DNA from: Blastocatellia bacterium
GTDB lineage: Bacteria; Acidobacteriota; Blastocatellia; UBA7656
Assembly: GCA_963765495.1 (NCBI GenBank)
Contig: CAVXWP010000009.1
Span: 256,001 to 320,000, forward strand
Length of the DNA stretch: 64,000 nt
Direction: 5' to 3'
Numbering within the stretch: the stretch's first letter is position 1; each line of letters starts with the position of its first letter. This document shows positions 8,365 through 16,686 of this stretch, one piece after another. Position numbers and translations under genes: made by a program. The notes beneath the pieces are model-generated. The model had not been told where the DNA came from. It did not search any database and was given only the letters and a program-made list of their open reading frames with translations.

Positions 8365-11300
8365 CTATGGCGCGCGAACGGAAGCGAAGCCCGTCATCTT
8401 ACCACCAGAGCGGGTAGATTTGCTATTGACGCTGACCGATTTACTGGCCGCTCCGGCAGCCGGGGCGCTCGCGTTCCCCGATCCGCCCACACCGAGCCTT
8501 CCCTGCTCTGCGGGCGTAATCTGGAACATGTAGCGCACGAGCAAATCGGCGTGATCGCGATCATAGTTCTGGAACGAAGGCGGTGTCGGCCCGTTGAAGA
8601 CCCATCGGCCCAACTGTTCATCTCGCCTGAAGAGTTGCGAAGGCATGGACGTACCCGGACTGATAAGCTCGGGATGGACGATCCATCGCTCGGTCCATGC
8701 GGGCTTCAACCTTTCAGGCGCAAGCAGGAAATTTGGCGCGGTCGCCAAAGCGTCGTGCGCAGGATTGCCCGTCATGTGACACTTCAAACAGGGCGCGGCG
8801 TTCGACGTAAACAGCGCGCGAGCCATTCCCTGCTCTTCGGCCGTGAGCGGGTCGAGCCGCTCGGGTATGTACGGCTGCATCTGCGAGCTTGCGCCCATAA
8901 AGAAATTCACAATCGCCTGAAGCTCGTTTGGTGAGAAGCTGAAGGTCGGCATCCGCGCTCTCAAATATCTGCGCACGCCGTTGCGATTCATTCCGGGCTG
9001 CGATTCCAGCTTAGAGCTAGGCAGCATTTGTCCGGCCCCGGCCGCCTGTTCCGGCTGCATCTGTCCCGGCTCTATCTGTCCTGCCGGCTGCGGTTGCCCG
9101 GACCCGCCAGCACCCTGCATATGCGCTGCCAGAGCATTCATGGTCACGGGCTTGAGCGCGCCGGGTGACTGCTGTGCGAGCGAACCGCGCTCCGCGTCTG
9201 TGCTGAGCGAGGGGTCCTTCAAAAATCCCAACAGCCATTCGGGTTTGACCCGCGCACCTTCGCTCGTAAGACGCGGAGGCAGTTTATCCTGCTCGCTGCC
9301 CTGATACATAGGCAGCCCCATAAGCACCGAATCCTGACCGATCAGCACGTTATGGCATCCCATGCAATTGTATTTCTGGACTACCCACCAGCCGTCCTGC
9401 ACATCTTTCTTTCCGCCTTCGGGTGAATAGCGGATAGATTGCGGCAGGTTTGTTACCACGCTTCCGAGCAGGAAGGTGGTCAGCGCCGTAATGTCCTTCT
9501 CTTCGAGGTAAATGTTTGGCATCCTGAGCCGTTCATCGGCTGTTCGCACCTTGCCCACATCATAGATTCCGGGGCTTCGCAGCTTGTATTCGAAAAAGCC
9601 CTTGTGGTCATACCAGTCCTTGCGCGCGACATCCTTGCCCGAGAAAGGATCAACGCCCTTCTTGGCGTCTTCGGTCAACAGGGCGAAATCCAGGCGCTCG
9701 ATTGGCTTGCTTCCTTCGGGCGTCAATTCGGTGCCGATTCGCTGCTCGTCTTCAAGCCCCTTGATCTCGTGGCAGCCGGCGCAACCGTATCTCTTTACAA
9801 GCGCCTCGCCCGTAGCCTTCAGATTCGTATCATCCATGAATGAGGCGTCGGGATAGTCGGGTTCCCTGTGCTTTTGAGCCATCAGAAAAGTCGCGACATC
9901 GCGTGCGTCTTCTTCCGATAGCCGGAAATTAGGCATCACCGTCATGTTGTGAACAAGCATCTCGCGCCCGTCAATCGGGCTCTTCGAATGCTCGTCGTCA
10001 AAGACAAACGGCAGGTTCTTCTTGGCGTAGTCGGCGGGCATAAGATCGCGCTTCTCGCTCGGAGAGTAGGGCGCAAGACGCTGGCGCGGGTTGTGCACCC
10101 AGCGGACTATGTAATCGTAATTGGCCTTCTCTCCTACGCGGGAAAGATTTGCGGCAAACGTGCCGCCTATCTTTTCGTCGCCCATGTCGATGGCGCGACC
10201 GTCAATCGAATGGCAGCCAAGACACCCGAGCGACTTAAACAATTCCTTGCCGTGATTTGCATCGCCCGGCGGCTGCGCGGCTACTTTCGCATCGATGGCC
10301 GATTGCCACAGAAATGCCGAGATGGCCTTTATCTCATCGTCGGCGAGTCGGAAGCTCGGCATCTTGGTCCCGGGTCTGAACGCCTGCGGGTCGCGCAGCC
10401 ACATGGGTATCCATTCTTTGCGCAGCTTGGCTTTGATCTCTTTCAGATTTGGACCGACTTTCTTCTGGTCCTGCATCAGGTACTTGGATTGAATATCAAA
10501 CTCGTCGATGCGCGAGTCGATGCGCGCTATATTCTGGCTCAACTTTGCGATGACCTGATTGATGGCAAGTGATTCGATATCAGGCACGTACTGGGCGGCG
10601 CGGTCGTTGCTTCGCCCCTCGCGCACGTCTTCGAGCGCAAGCTCGTAATCTCTGCGCTCCATCTCCAGTTGCTTGGTGGTCTGGCGGGCATTCGACAGGG
10701 CGTCGCTTTCGCGGTCAAACCCTTCATAACGATGGCAGCCCACGCAGCCGCGATTCTGGAACAGGTCCTTGCCGTGATTGAGCACATCAGCGCCCGCCGT
10801 TATACGGTCGCGGTTGTGACATTGATTGCATCCGGCCTCGACGTTTTCTTTATAGTAGAGCGGCCACAGCCAGTGCTCGTAGCGACCGTGAGCCTTTTCT
10901 ACGGAGGTCGTCCCGCGCCCGTTTCCACCGTGACAGGTCGAGCAGCCAAAGCGTTCGGGGTCGTGCGTCTTTAACAACTCTTTGTTCGGGTGAGAGATAA
11001 AGGCTTTCTCGCCTATCGAATTCTTGTCGGCGGTCAAGGTCAGGGGTTCGCGTACGCCGAGGTGACACGATTCGCATCGGTCTACCAGATCGGCTTCGGC
11101 CACGTGAATCTGCTTGATCCGGTAATCGAACTTCTCCATCTTGGAGGAGAGCAAATCGAGTTGCTGCGGGCTCAGACCTATGAGATGATCCTGAAAATAA
11201 TCGTCGAGCTTCTTTTTCGCTTCGCCTTCGGGCCGGGTAAGCTCTATGCGTTTTGCAGTAAGCTCGGCCTTCTTATCTCGAAGACCGTTATACATCGCTT

Positions 11301-11871
11301 CAAGCTCGAAAAAGTCTTTCTCCTGATCGGCAACCGCGCCGCTATCGTCGTGAACAGAGAAAGAAATTTTCTCTTTCTTCCGTTCTTCGATAGCGTTGCG
11401 AAGTTTCTCTTTTGAACTCTGACTGTCGGCAGATTCAAGCTGATAGTTTTTGGCGGCTATCCACGCGCGCGTATTTTGAAAAGGCTCGGTGATGTCGCTG
11501 ACCTGCTGGTCAATGTGCTTTATCTGATTGTCAATGTCAGTGACTTCGGGTGCCACCTGTTCGTGCGCATCTTTGACGGCCTGTTCGAGTTCCTGATATT
11601 CGGAAGACTCTTTTATCTCTTTTTCGGCATCTCGCTGACCGGGCTTGGCCTTCTTCAGATAAGCCGAATACTTGTCGACGAACTCCGACTGATAGCTTTT
11701 CCACGGACGCTGGCCATAGACCTCGTCAAAGAGCGACCACCCAAGCACTACAATTAATAAGAGCGAAGATATAAGCAGCAGCCCTGACATGGAACTATCG
11801 GCGATAGGGTCGGGCTCAGGAGTATCAGCCGCCCTCTTTTCCAATTGCTCGCTCGTTACTCCATCAGCCAT
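8365..11871 (-). CDS. Membrane-anchored multiheme cytochrome c (8 CxxCH), bc-complex associated
   Basis: CESCH, CSTCH, CNQCH, CVGCH, CLGCH, CAGCH, CMGCH, CLKCH. N-terminal TM helix and coiled coil. GGAGG RBS. Confidence 0.92.
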   Translation of the reverse strand: MADGVTSEQLEKRAADTPEPDPIADSSMSGLLLISSLLLIVVLGWSLFDEVYGQRPWKSYQSEFVDKYSAYLKKAKPGQRDAEKEIKESSEYQELEQAVKDAHEQVAPEVTDIDNQIKHIDQQVSDITEPFQNTRAWIAAKNYQLESADSQSSKEKLRNAIEERKKEKISFSVHDDSGAVADQEKDFFELEAMYNGLRDKKAELTAKRIELTRPEGEAKKKLDDYFQDHLIGLSPQQLDLLSSKMEKFDYRIKQIHVAEADLVDRCESCHLGVREPLTLTADKNSIGEKAFISHPNKELLKTHDPERFGCSTCHGGNGRGTTSVEKAHGRYEHWLWPLYYKENVEAGCNQCHNRDRITAGADVLNHGKDLFQNRGCVGCHRYEGFDRESDALSNARQTTKQLEMERRDYELALEDVREGRSNDRAAQYVPDIESLAINQVIAKLSQNIARIDSRIDEFDIQSKYLMQDQKKVGPNLKEIKAKLRKEWIPMWLRDPQAFRPGTKMPSFRLADDEIKAISAFLWQSAIDAKVAAQPPGDANHGKELFKSLGCLGCHSIDGRAIDMGDEKIGGTFAANLSRVGEKANYDYIVRWVHNPRQRLAPYSPSEKRDLMPADYAKKNLPFVFDDEHSKSPIDGREMLVHNMTVMPNFRLSEEDARDVATFLMAQKHREPDYPDASFMDDTNLKATGEALVKRYGCAGCHEIKGLEDEQRIGTELTPEGSKPIERLDFALLTEDAKKGVDPFSGKDVARKDWYDHKGFFEYKLRSPGIYDVGKVRTADERLRMPNIYLEEKDITALTTFLLGSVVTNLPQSIRYSPEGGKKDVQDGWWVVQKYNCMGCHNVLIGQDSVLMGLPMYQGSEQDKLPPRLTSEGARVKPEWLLGFLKDPSLSTDAERGSLAQQSPGALKPVTMNALAAHMQGAGGSGQPQPAGQIEPGQMQPEQAAGAGQMLPSSKLESQPGMNRNGVRRYLRARMPTFSFSPNELQAIVNFFMGASSQMQPYIPERLDPLTAEEQGMARALFTSNAAPCLKCHMTGNPAHDALATAPNFLLAPERLKPAWTERWIVHPELISPGTSMPSQLFRRDEQLGRWVFNGPTPPSFQNYDRDHADLLVRYMFQITPAEQGRLGVGGSGNASAPAAGAASKSVSVNSKSTRSGGKMTGFASVRAP

Positions 11872-11894
11872 CTCTTTCCTCCAAGCACTTCGTT

Positions 11895-11973
11895 AGTTTT
11901 GAGTTTTGAGTTTTGAGTTTTGAGTTGATCGGGCTTTTCCAAATTCAAAATTCAAAACTCAAAATTCAAAACT
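11895..11973. repeat. Hairpin of inverted (TTTTGAG)n/(CTCAAAA)n heptamer arrays
   Basis: agttttgagttttgagttttgagttttgagttg ... aattcaaaattcaaaactcaaaattcaaaact. Confidence 0.88.
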
Positions 11974-11982
11974 TGAGAATCG

Positions 11983-12918
11983 TCAGATGTTGAACCACGG
12001 AGTGACCCAGACATACTTGATGCGGAAGAGCTGCCTTATGAGCAGTTTCGTCGGCATGCTGGCCAGCACCGTGATGGCAAAAAACTGAAAGACGAGGTAT
12101 TGCAAAAGCGTAGTGCGCTCAAAAATCTTCTTCTCAAATTTGCTGCGCGTGATCAGCCAGTGAATGACAAGCCCGGCCAGCAAATAAAACAGAAGCACCA
12201 CCACCGCGCCGAATATTCCCTTCCACGGCTGCCCCGTGATGCCAAAAATGTCCGGCAAATCGCGGTTGACTTCGTAAAGCACTACGTTGTGGTCCCAGGT
12301 CTGACCCGGCCAGAACCAGACCCATCCCGGCCCTCGTATGAAGGTGCCGATTATGATAAGACCTATCCACATGATAAAGCCGAACAGAAACGAGCTTATC
12401 GCCACCTTGCGCTGTTTCCAGGTGTAATAACCTGCCCCGAGCGGGTTCGAATCGACATAAGGGAAAGTCATCAGTCCGGCGATGATGAGGCTCGGCATCA
12501 CGACGCCCGCAATCCAGGGATCGAAATAGACCAGCATCTCCTGCAACCCCAGAAAGTACCACGGCGCTTTCGACGGGTTCATTGTGAGGTTTGGATTTGC
12601 GGGCTCTTCGAGCGGGGCGTTTAGCGTGATCGACCAGACGAATAAAAGGATCGTAACGATGAGGACGGCGAGAAACTCTATGCGAAGCAGAAAAGGCCAG
12701 ACGTGAAGTTCTCTTGCCCAGTGCGGCTTCCACGGCCAGGTCTTGCGATGATGCGTCTTGGCTAGCTTCGGATCGCCTTCGAGTTGTTCGATCAGCCTGT
12801 CGTTGGCCTTCGCCTGGCTGAAACCGAGCCACGCGAAATAAGGAACCAGAAAAAGCATTGCCACGATAGGCACGTTATCCGGGGCCGAAGCAATCACCCA
12901 TAATTGATGCCAGTCCAT
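11983..12918 (-). CDS. petD: Cytochrome b/b6 subunit IV-like protein with extra TM helices
   Basis: APLEEPANPNLTMNPSKAPWYFLGLQE (PEWY-equivalent region). Start ATG 12918 after GGGAGA; GTG 12933 is an alternative. Confidence 0.85.
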   Translation of the reverse strand: MDWHQLWVIASAPDNVPIVAMLFLVPYFAWLGFSQAKANDRLIEQLEGDPKLAKTHHRKTWPWKPHWARELHVWPFLLRIEFLAVLIVTILLFVWSITLNAPLEEPANPNLTMNPSKAPWYFLGLQEMLVYFDPWIAGVVMPSLIIAGLMTFPYVDSNPLGAGYYTWKQRKVAISSFLFGFIMWIGLIIIGTFIRGPGWVWFWPGQTWDHNVVLYEVNRDLPDIFGITGQPWKGIFGAVVVLLFYLLAGLVIHWLITRSKFEKKIFERTTLLQYLVFQFFAITVLASMPTKLLIRQLFRIKYVWVTPWFNI

Positions 12919-12939
12919 ACGGTTCTCCCTCACTATCGC

Positions 12940-12970
12940 TCAAATCTCAAATCTGAGATTTGAGATTTGA
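12940..12970. repeat. Palindrome of (CAAATCT)n/(AGATTTG)n heptamers
   Basis: tcaaatctcaaatct-g-agatttgagatttga, between petB and petD. Confidence 0.85.
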
Positions 12971-12974
12971 AATC

Positions 12975-13955
12975 CTATTTGACAGATTGCTTGACCGCGC
13001 GCGCACCCGGCGATCTCATTTCGGATTCGAGCATGACGGGGGCGGGGCCGGATATGCCTCCATCCTTGCGCACTCGCCAGAAGTGCACTGCCAGCAGCAC
13101 GCTCACGATCACGGGGATTGCTATGCAGTGCCAGATGTAGCTTCGAAGCAATGCGTTTGCATCGACTATCGAGCCGCCGAGCAATCCGAAGCGCACGTCG
13201 TTATAAGGCGTCATCCCGAGTTGAGCGCCAAACGGCCCCTCGTGACCAAGCCCCGGTGTTGCGCGAGCCATGTTGGTCCCCACCGTCACCGCCCAGAAGC
13301 CGAGTTGATCGTCGGGCAGAAGATAGCCCGTAAAGCTCAACAACAAGGTCAGCACAAGCAGGACTACGCCTACGGCCCAGTTGAACTCGCGCGGTGTCTT
13401 GTAGGAGCCGGTCAGGACTACGCGGAACATGTGCAGCCACGTAGTTATGACCATAAGGTGCGCGCCCCATCTGTGCATGTTGCGAAGCAGCTTTCCAAAC
13501 GGCACATCGTTTTCCAGATAGAGGATGTCTTGATAAGCCTGCCCCTTCGACGGGTGGTAGTAAAACATCAGCAGTATGCCCGTAAACGTCAGCACGATGA
13601 AGAGGTAAAACGTTATTCCGCCCATCCCCCAGGTATAGCTGAAGCGTACCGCATCGCGATTGATCTTTGCCGGGTGCAGATGCAGAAATACGTTTGTGAG
13701 CACCCCGAGCGAGCGAGAGCGCGGCGTGGGTTCGTGCTTGACGCGGAAGATCGATTTATAGACCTGAGTCCTGGTCGGGTCTTTGAGGTTCTCAAGCTCT
13801 TCCTTGACGTTACCCTTGTTGATCTTCTGCTTGAGCAGTTCCAGGTCTTCCTTAAACCCGGTTTTTTCGTCCACAACTTCGACGCCCGCGACCGGCTTGT
13901 CATCAGGCTTTTTGATTTGCGGCTTATCAGGCTTATCAGGCTTATCAGGTTCCAT
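12975..13955 (-). CDS. petB: Cytochrome b6-like N-terminal cytochrome b subunit
   Basis: [16 protein letters not shown] (H-x13-H), [19 protein letters not shown] (H-x14-H). Confidence 0.93.
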   Translation of the reverse strand: MEPDKPDKPDKPQIKKPDDKPVAGVEVVDEKTGFKEDLELLKQKINKGNVKEELENLKDPTRTQVYKSIFRVKHEPTPRSRSLGVLTNVFLHLHPAKINRDAVRFSYTWGMGGITFYLFIVLTFTGILLMFYYHPSKGQAYQDILYLENDVPFGKLLRNMHRWGAHLMVITTWLHMFRVVLTGSYKTPREFNWAVGVVLLVLTLLLSFTGYLLPDDQLGFWAVTVGTNMARATPGLGHEGPFGAQLGMTPYNDVRFGLLGGSIVDANALLRSYIWHCIAIPVIVSVLLAVHFWRVRKDGGISGPAPVMLESEMRSPGARAVKQSVK

Positions 13956-14053
13956 ACTTAACTCCCAGATGGCTTATTCGCCCAAAGATTCAGGATGCTT
14001 TTTGGCAAGAACAAATACTGCTGGAACAGCAGAGCCGATTTACACCAGTAGAC

Positions 14054-14770
14054 TTACACCTGCAAGAACGCCCCGGGGTCGTTGAAGTGCGACGTCTCGC
14101 CTTTGGGCCATTGGTAGAGATGGCTCGTATCAACGACGATCTGGCCCGACGGGTCAATCTCGACGTGCGCCCGGTCCATGGGCCGGGGCGCGGGCCCCTC
14201 GAAGTTTATGCCTTCGCTTGTATAGCCGCTGCCGTGACACGGGCATTTGAACTTGTTCTCGCTGGGCTTCCAATCAGGTGTGCATCCGAGGTGAGTGCAA
14301 CGCGCATAGATGACAAAGAGCCGCTCGGCGTTGCGAACGACCCAGACGCGATAGTCCTGTTGGAATTTGGTGTCTACTCCGAAACCGAAGTCCGAGGGGT
14401 AACCGATGCGAAATACAGTACTGGGCTCGAAGAGTGTGCGCGGGAGGAAGAATCGCAGAAACATCAGGAAGCAGGTGGCAAGAAAACCACCTATAGAAAT
14501 CCATATGATGCGGCGGCGCACCTTGTTTACGGGGTCCGGGGGCTCGGTCTCGACCGTTTTGGTCCTGGCACCTGCCGAAGTCCCGACCGCCTTTTGAGCG
14601 GGCTTAGCGGGTTTATCTGCGGTTGTTGCCGATGCCTTTGCCGCCGGTACCGGAGCTTTAGGCTTCACTTCAACCTTTGGCTTTTCTGCTGTTTTCGTCT
14701 CGCCTTCAACTGTTGGCGTTGCTACTTGCTTCTCCTCGACCGTCTGGTTTGTATCTTGCTCGGTGTCCAT
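14054..14770 (-). CDS. petC: Rieske 2Fe-2S subunit of the cytochrome bc complex
   Basis: CTHLGC and CPCHGS boxes, RRR plus TM (Tat-like), GPAPRP. Start ATG 14770 (TTG 14785 alternative). Confidence 0.93.
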   Translation of the reverse strand: MDTEQDTNQTVEEKQVATPTVEGETKTAEKPKVEVKPKAPVPAAKASATTADKPAKPAQKAVGTSAGARTKTVETEPPDPVNKVRRRIIWISIGGFLATCFLMFLRFFLPRTLFEPSTVFRIGYPSDFGFGVDTKFQQDYRVWVVRNAERLFVIYARCTHLGCTPDWKPSENKFKCPCHGSGYTSEGINFEGPAPRPMDRAHVEIDPSGQIVVDTSHLYQWPKGETSHFNDPGAFLQV

Positions 14771-15012
14771 GCCGGAGGTCTCCAAAAAGGCGTCTATAAA
14801 GACGATTATTACAAAAGTTCTGACCTGAGACGCAAGACGCGCCTCTTCGACCTATACTGTATGAAACCTGCATACCGACCATTCAACCTTTTCCTACTTT
14901 GTCGCTGTGACTTCGATATAATGAATTGCTAAGGCTTGTAACATGCGGCCATTACCTTTGTCAAGCAACGCAAAATAGAGAACAGACCTGTATGTTCTGA
15001 CACGCTTGCCAA

Positions 15013-15380
15013 TGCGTGAGACGTGATGCGTGAAGAGTGATTCGTGACTTTCAGACAGGCCGCCTGTCAAAGACCTCTCGCAAGCCTGCTTGCGTCGCGG
15101 ATCACTCTTCACGCATCACTCTTCCAGGGCCATTCAGTTTTTGAGTAGCGGACAACAGACGGAAGAAATGTTAAAAGTTGTATTCAAGCAAAGGCGAGTT
15201 GAAATAGGCCGGGACGGACGCGGATGCGGCGGATTTTCGCGGATCTGACCCAATTAGGTTTAATCCGCGAAAATCCGCCGCATCCGCGTCCGTCCCGGCC
15301 TATTCCCAGTTTCCTTATCTACACTTTGAAAACTGAATGGCCCTGTCACTCTTCACACATCACTCTTCACGCATCACGCA
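15013..15380. repeat. (CGTGATG)n/(CATCACG)n heptamer hairpin element interrupted by MITE copy 1
   Basis: Left arm tgcgtgagacgtgatgcgtgaagagtgattcgtgac. The right arm tcactcttcacgcatcac continues on both sides of the insertion. Confidence 0.8.
15125..15345. mobile_element. MITE-like element, copy 1 (221 bp)
   Basis: TIRs CAGGGCCATTCAGTTTT / AAAACTGAATGGCCCTG. 9-bp direct repeat TCACTCTTC at 15116-15124 and 15346-15354. Internal perfect 42-bp stem. Confidence 0.9.
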
Positions 15381-15444
15381 TGCCCTTTTGAGATCGCGGC
15401 CCCCGTGCTATAAAGCCTCTGAGCCTCTATCAGGTTATTAACCC

Positions 15445-16389
15445 ATGTCGAAAATGCGAGAAAAAGCGCCTGAGCCGGGCACTGCCGCTGTGCTGGCGGC
15501 TATGGGGTTTGCCGTCATCGCGCTGGCCTTCTCTTCCATATTTATAAGACAACTCGACCGGGCCGGAGTCGCTCCCCTAGCAATAGCTTTTCACCGCATG
15601 ATGCTTGCCACGCTCCTGTTGATCCCGGCGGCGCTCCTGTTCAAGCGGCGCGAAATCATGAGTCTCAACCGTCGCGATCTTTTTCTGCTCGCTCTGGGAG
15701 GCTTCTTTCTTGCCGTCCATTTCGGCGCATGGATCACATCGCTCAGCTATATCCCCATAGCCACTTCTGTAGTGCTGGTAAACAGCCATCCGCTCTTTGT
15801 AGTCGTTGCGTCTTATCTGTTTCTCGGAGAAAGACCCGGACGCCGCAGCCTGTTCGGGACGGCCACGGGGCTTGCGGGGATGATAATAATAAGCGGCGAC
15901 GGGTTGAGGGATGTGCAGCAGGCGCTCGTGGGCGACGCGCTTGCGCTCGTGGGCGCTCTCGCCGTTGTAGGATATTTCATAATAGGTCGCAGCGTTCGCG
16001 CCCGCGTGAGCCTGCTCGGCTATGTCACACCGCTTTACGCCGTCTCGACGGTCTTCCTGCTGGGATGGGCTCTTGGGACATCCACCCGGCTTTATCCCTA
16101 CGAGGCTAAAGAGTGGGCTCTGTTTGCGGCGCTTGCCGTGGTGCCGACGATACTCGGGCACACCGTCTTCAACTGGGCGATCAAACACGTTCGGGCCTCG
16201 GCCATATCAATCGCCTTCTTAGGCGAGCCGGTCATTGCCTCGGCGCTCGCACTGGCCTTCTTTGGCGAACGCCCGCCCCTTGCTACCTTTATCGGCGGGG
16301 CGCTTGTGCTTGCCGGGATATACCTGACCACGTCTTCTCCAAAATCGGCGCGCGCGCAATCGGATCGTCTCACCACGGCTACCGAATGA
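15445..16389 (+). CDS. DMT/EamA family transporter
   Basis: About 10 TM helices in two EamA-like repeats; LGEPVIAS..A..FFGE motif. Confidence 0.9.
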   Translation: MSKMREKAPEPGTAAVLAAMGFAVIALAFSSIFIRQLDRAGVAPLAIAFHRMMLATLLLIPAALLFKRREIMSLNRRDLFLLALGGFFLAVHFGAWITSLSYIPIATSVVLVNSHPLFVVVASYLFLGERPGRRSLFGTATGLAGMIIISGDGLRDVQQALVGDALALVGALAVVGYFIIGRSVRARVSLLGYVTPLYAVSTVFLLGWALGTSTRLYPYEAKEWALFAALAVVPTILGHTVFNWAIKHVRASAISIAFLGEPVIASALALAFFGERPPLATFIGGALVLAGIYLTTSSPKSARAQSDRLTTATE

Positions 16390-16457
16390 CCCGACGGGGC
16401 GCGGGCTATATGCGCCTGCCGTATGCTATTATTGCCCAAACAAAAAAGGAGGCTAAA

Positions 16458-16652
16458 ATGGCATCTGACAAAGCCGACCTCTCAAAATTGCGAGAGATTT
16501 TACACACTGCTATGGTCGAAGTAGAGGTGGCCCTTGATACAAACACCTACCCGGATTGGGCCGATACCAAAGAGAGCCTGCTCAGAGCAATCGAGATAGT
16601 TCGCAAACTTGAACGCGATCAGATGTGGACGATGCTCTCAAAGAAAAAATGA
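16458..16652 (+). CDS. Small helical hypothetical protein (64 aa)
   Basis: Strong AAGGAGG RBS before ATG 16458 (MASDKADLSKLRE). Confidence 0.65.
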   Translation: MASDKADLSKLREILHTAMVEVEVALDTNTYPDWADTKESLLRAIEIVRKLERDQMWTMLSKKK

Positions 16653-16686
16653 TCCGTTTTTTGATAAAGTGTTTTGCAAACTTCGC

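Noticed and set aside
12960-13961. Long antisense ORFs (12960-13961, 14087-14932, 17185-18276, 27855-29129, 39395-40429)
   Set aside because: They are shadow frames opposite well-supported genes in GC-rich DNA and have no recognisable motifs.
8365-14770. Alternative complex III (Act) as the quinol oxidase
   Set aside because: No ActB molybdopterin-like/Fe-S or NrfD-like subunits. The Rieske and cytochrome b motifs show a bc-type complex.
14935-14964. Sigma70 promoter for the respiratory operon (minus-strand TTGACA at 14964-14959)
   Set aside because: The matching -10 (TACAAG) is weak, so it cannot be supported without TSS data.
15013-15380. Possible CRISPR array in the repeat-rich intergenic regions
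   Set aside because: The repeats are 7-mer tandems and inverted arms, not 25-40 bp direct repeats with unique spacers. No cas genes are present.
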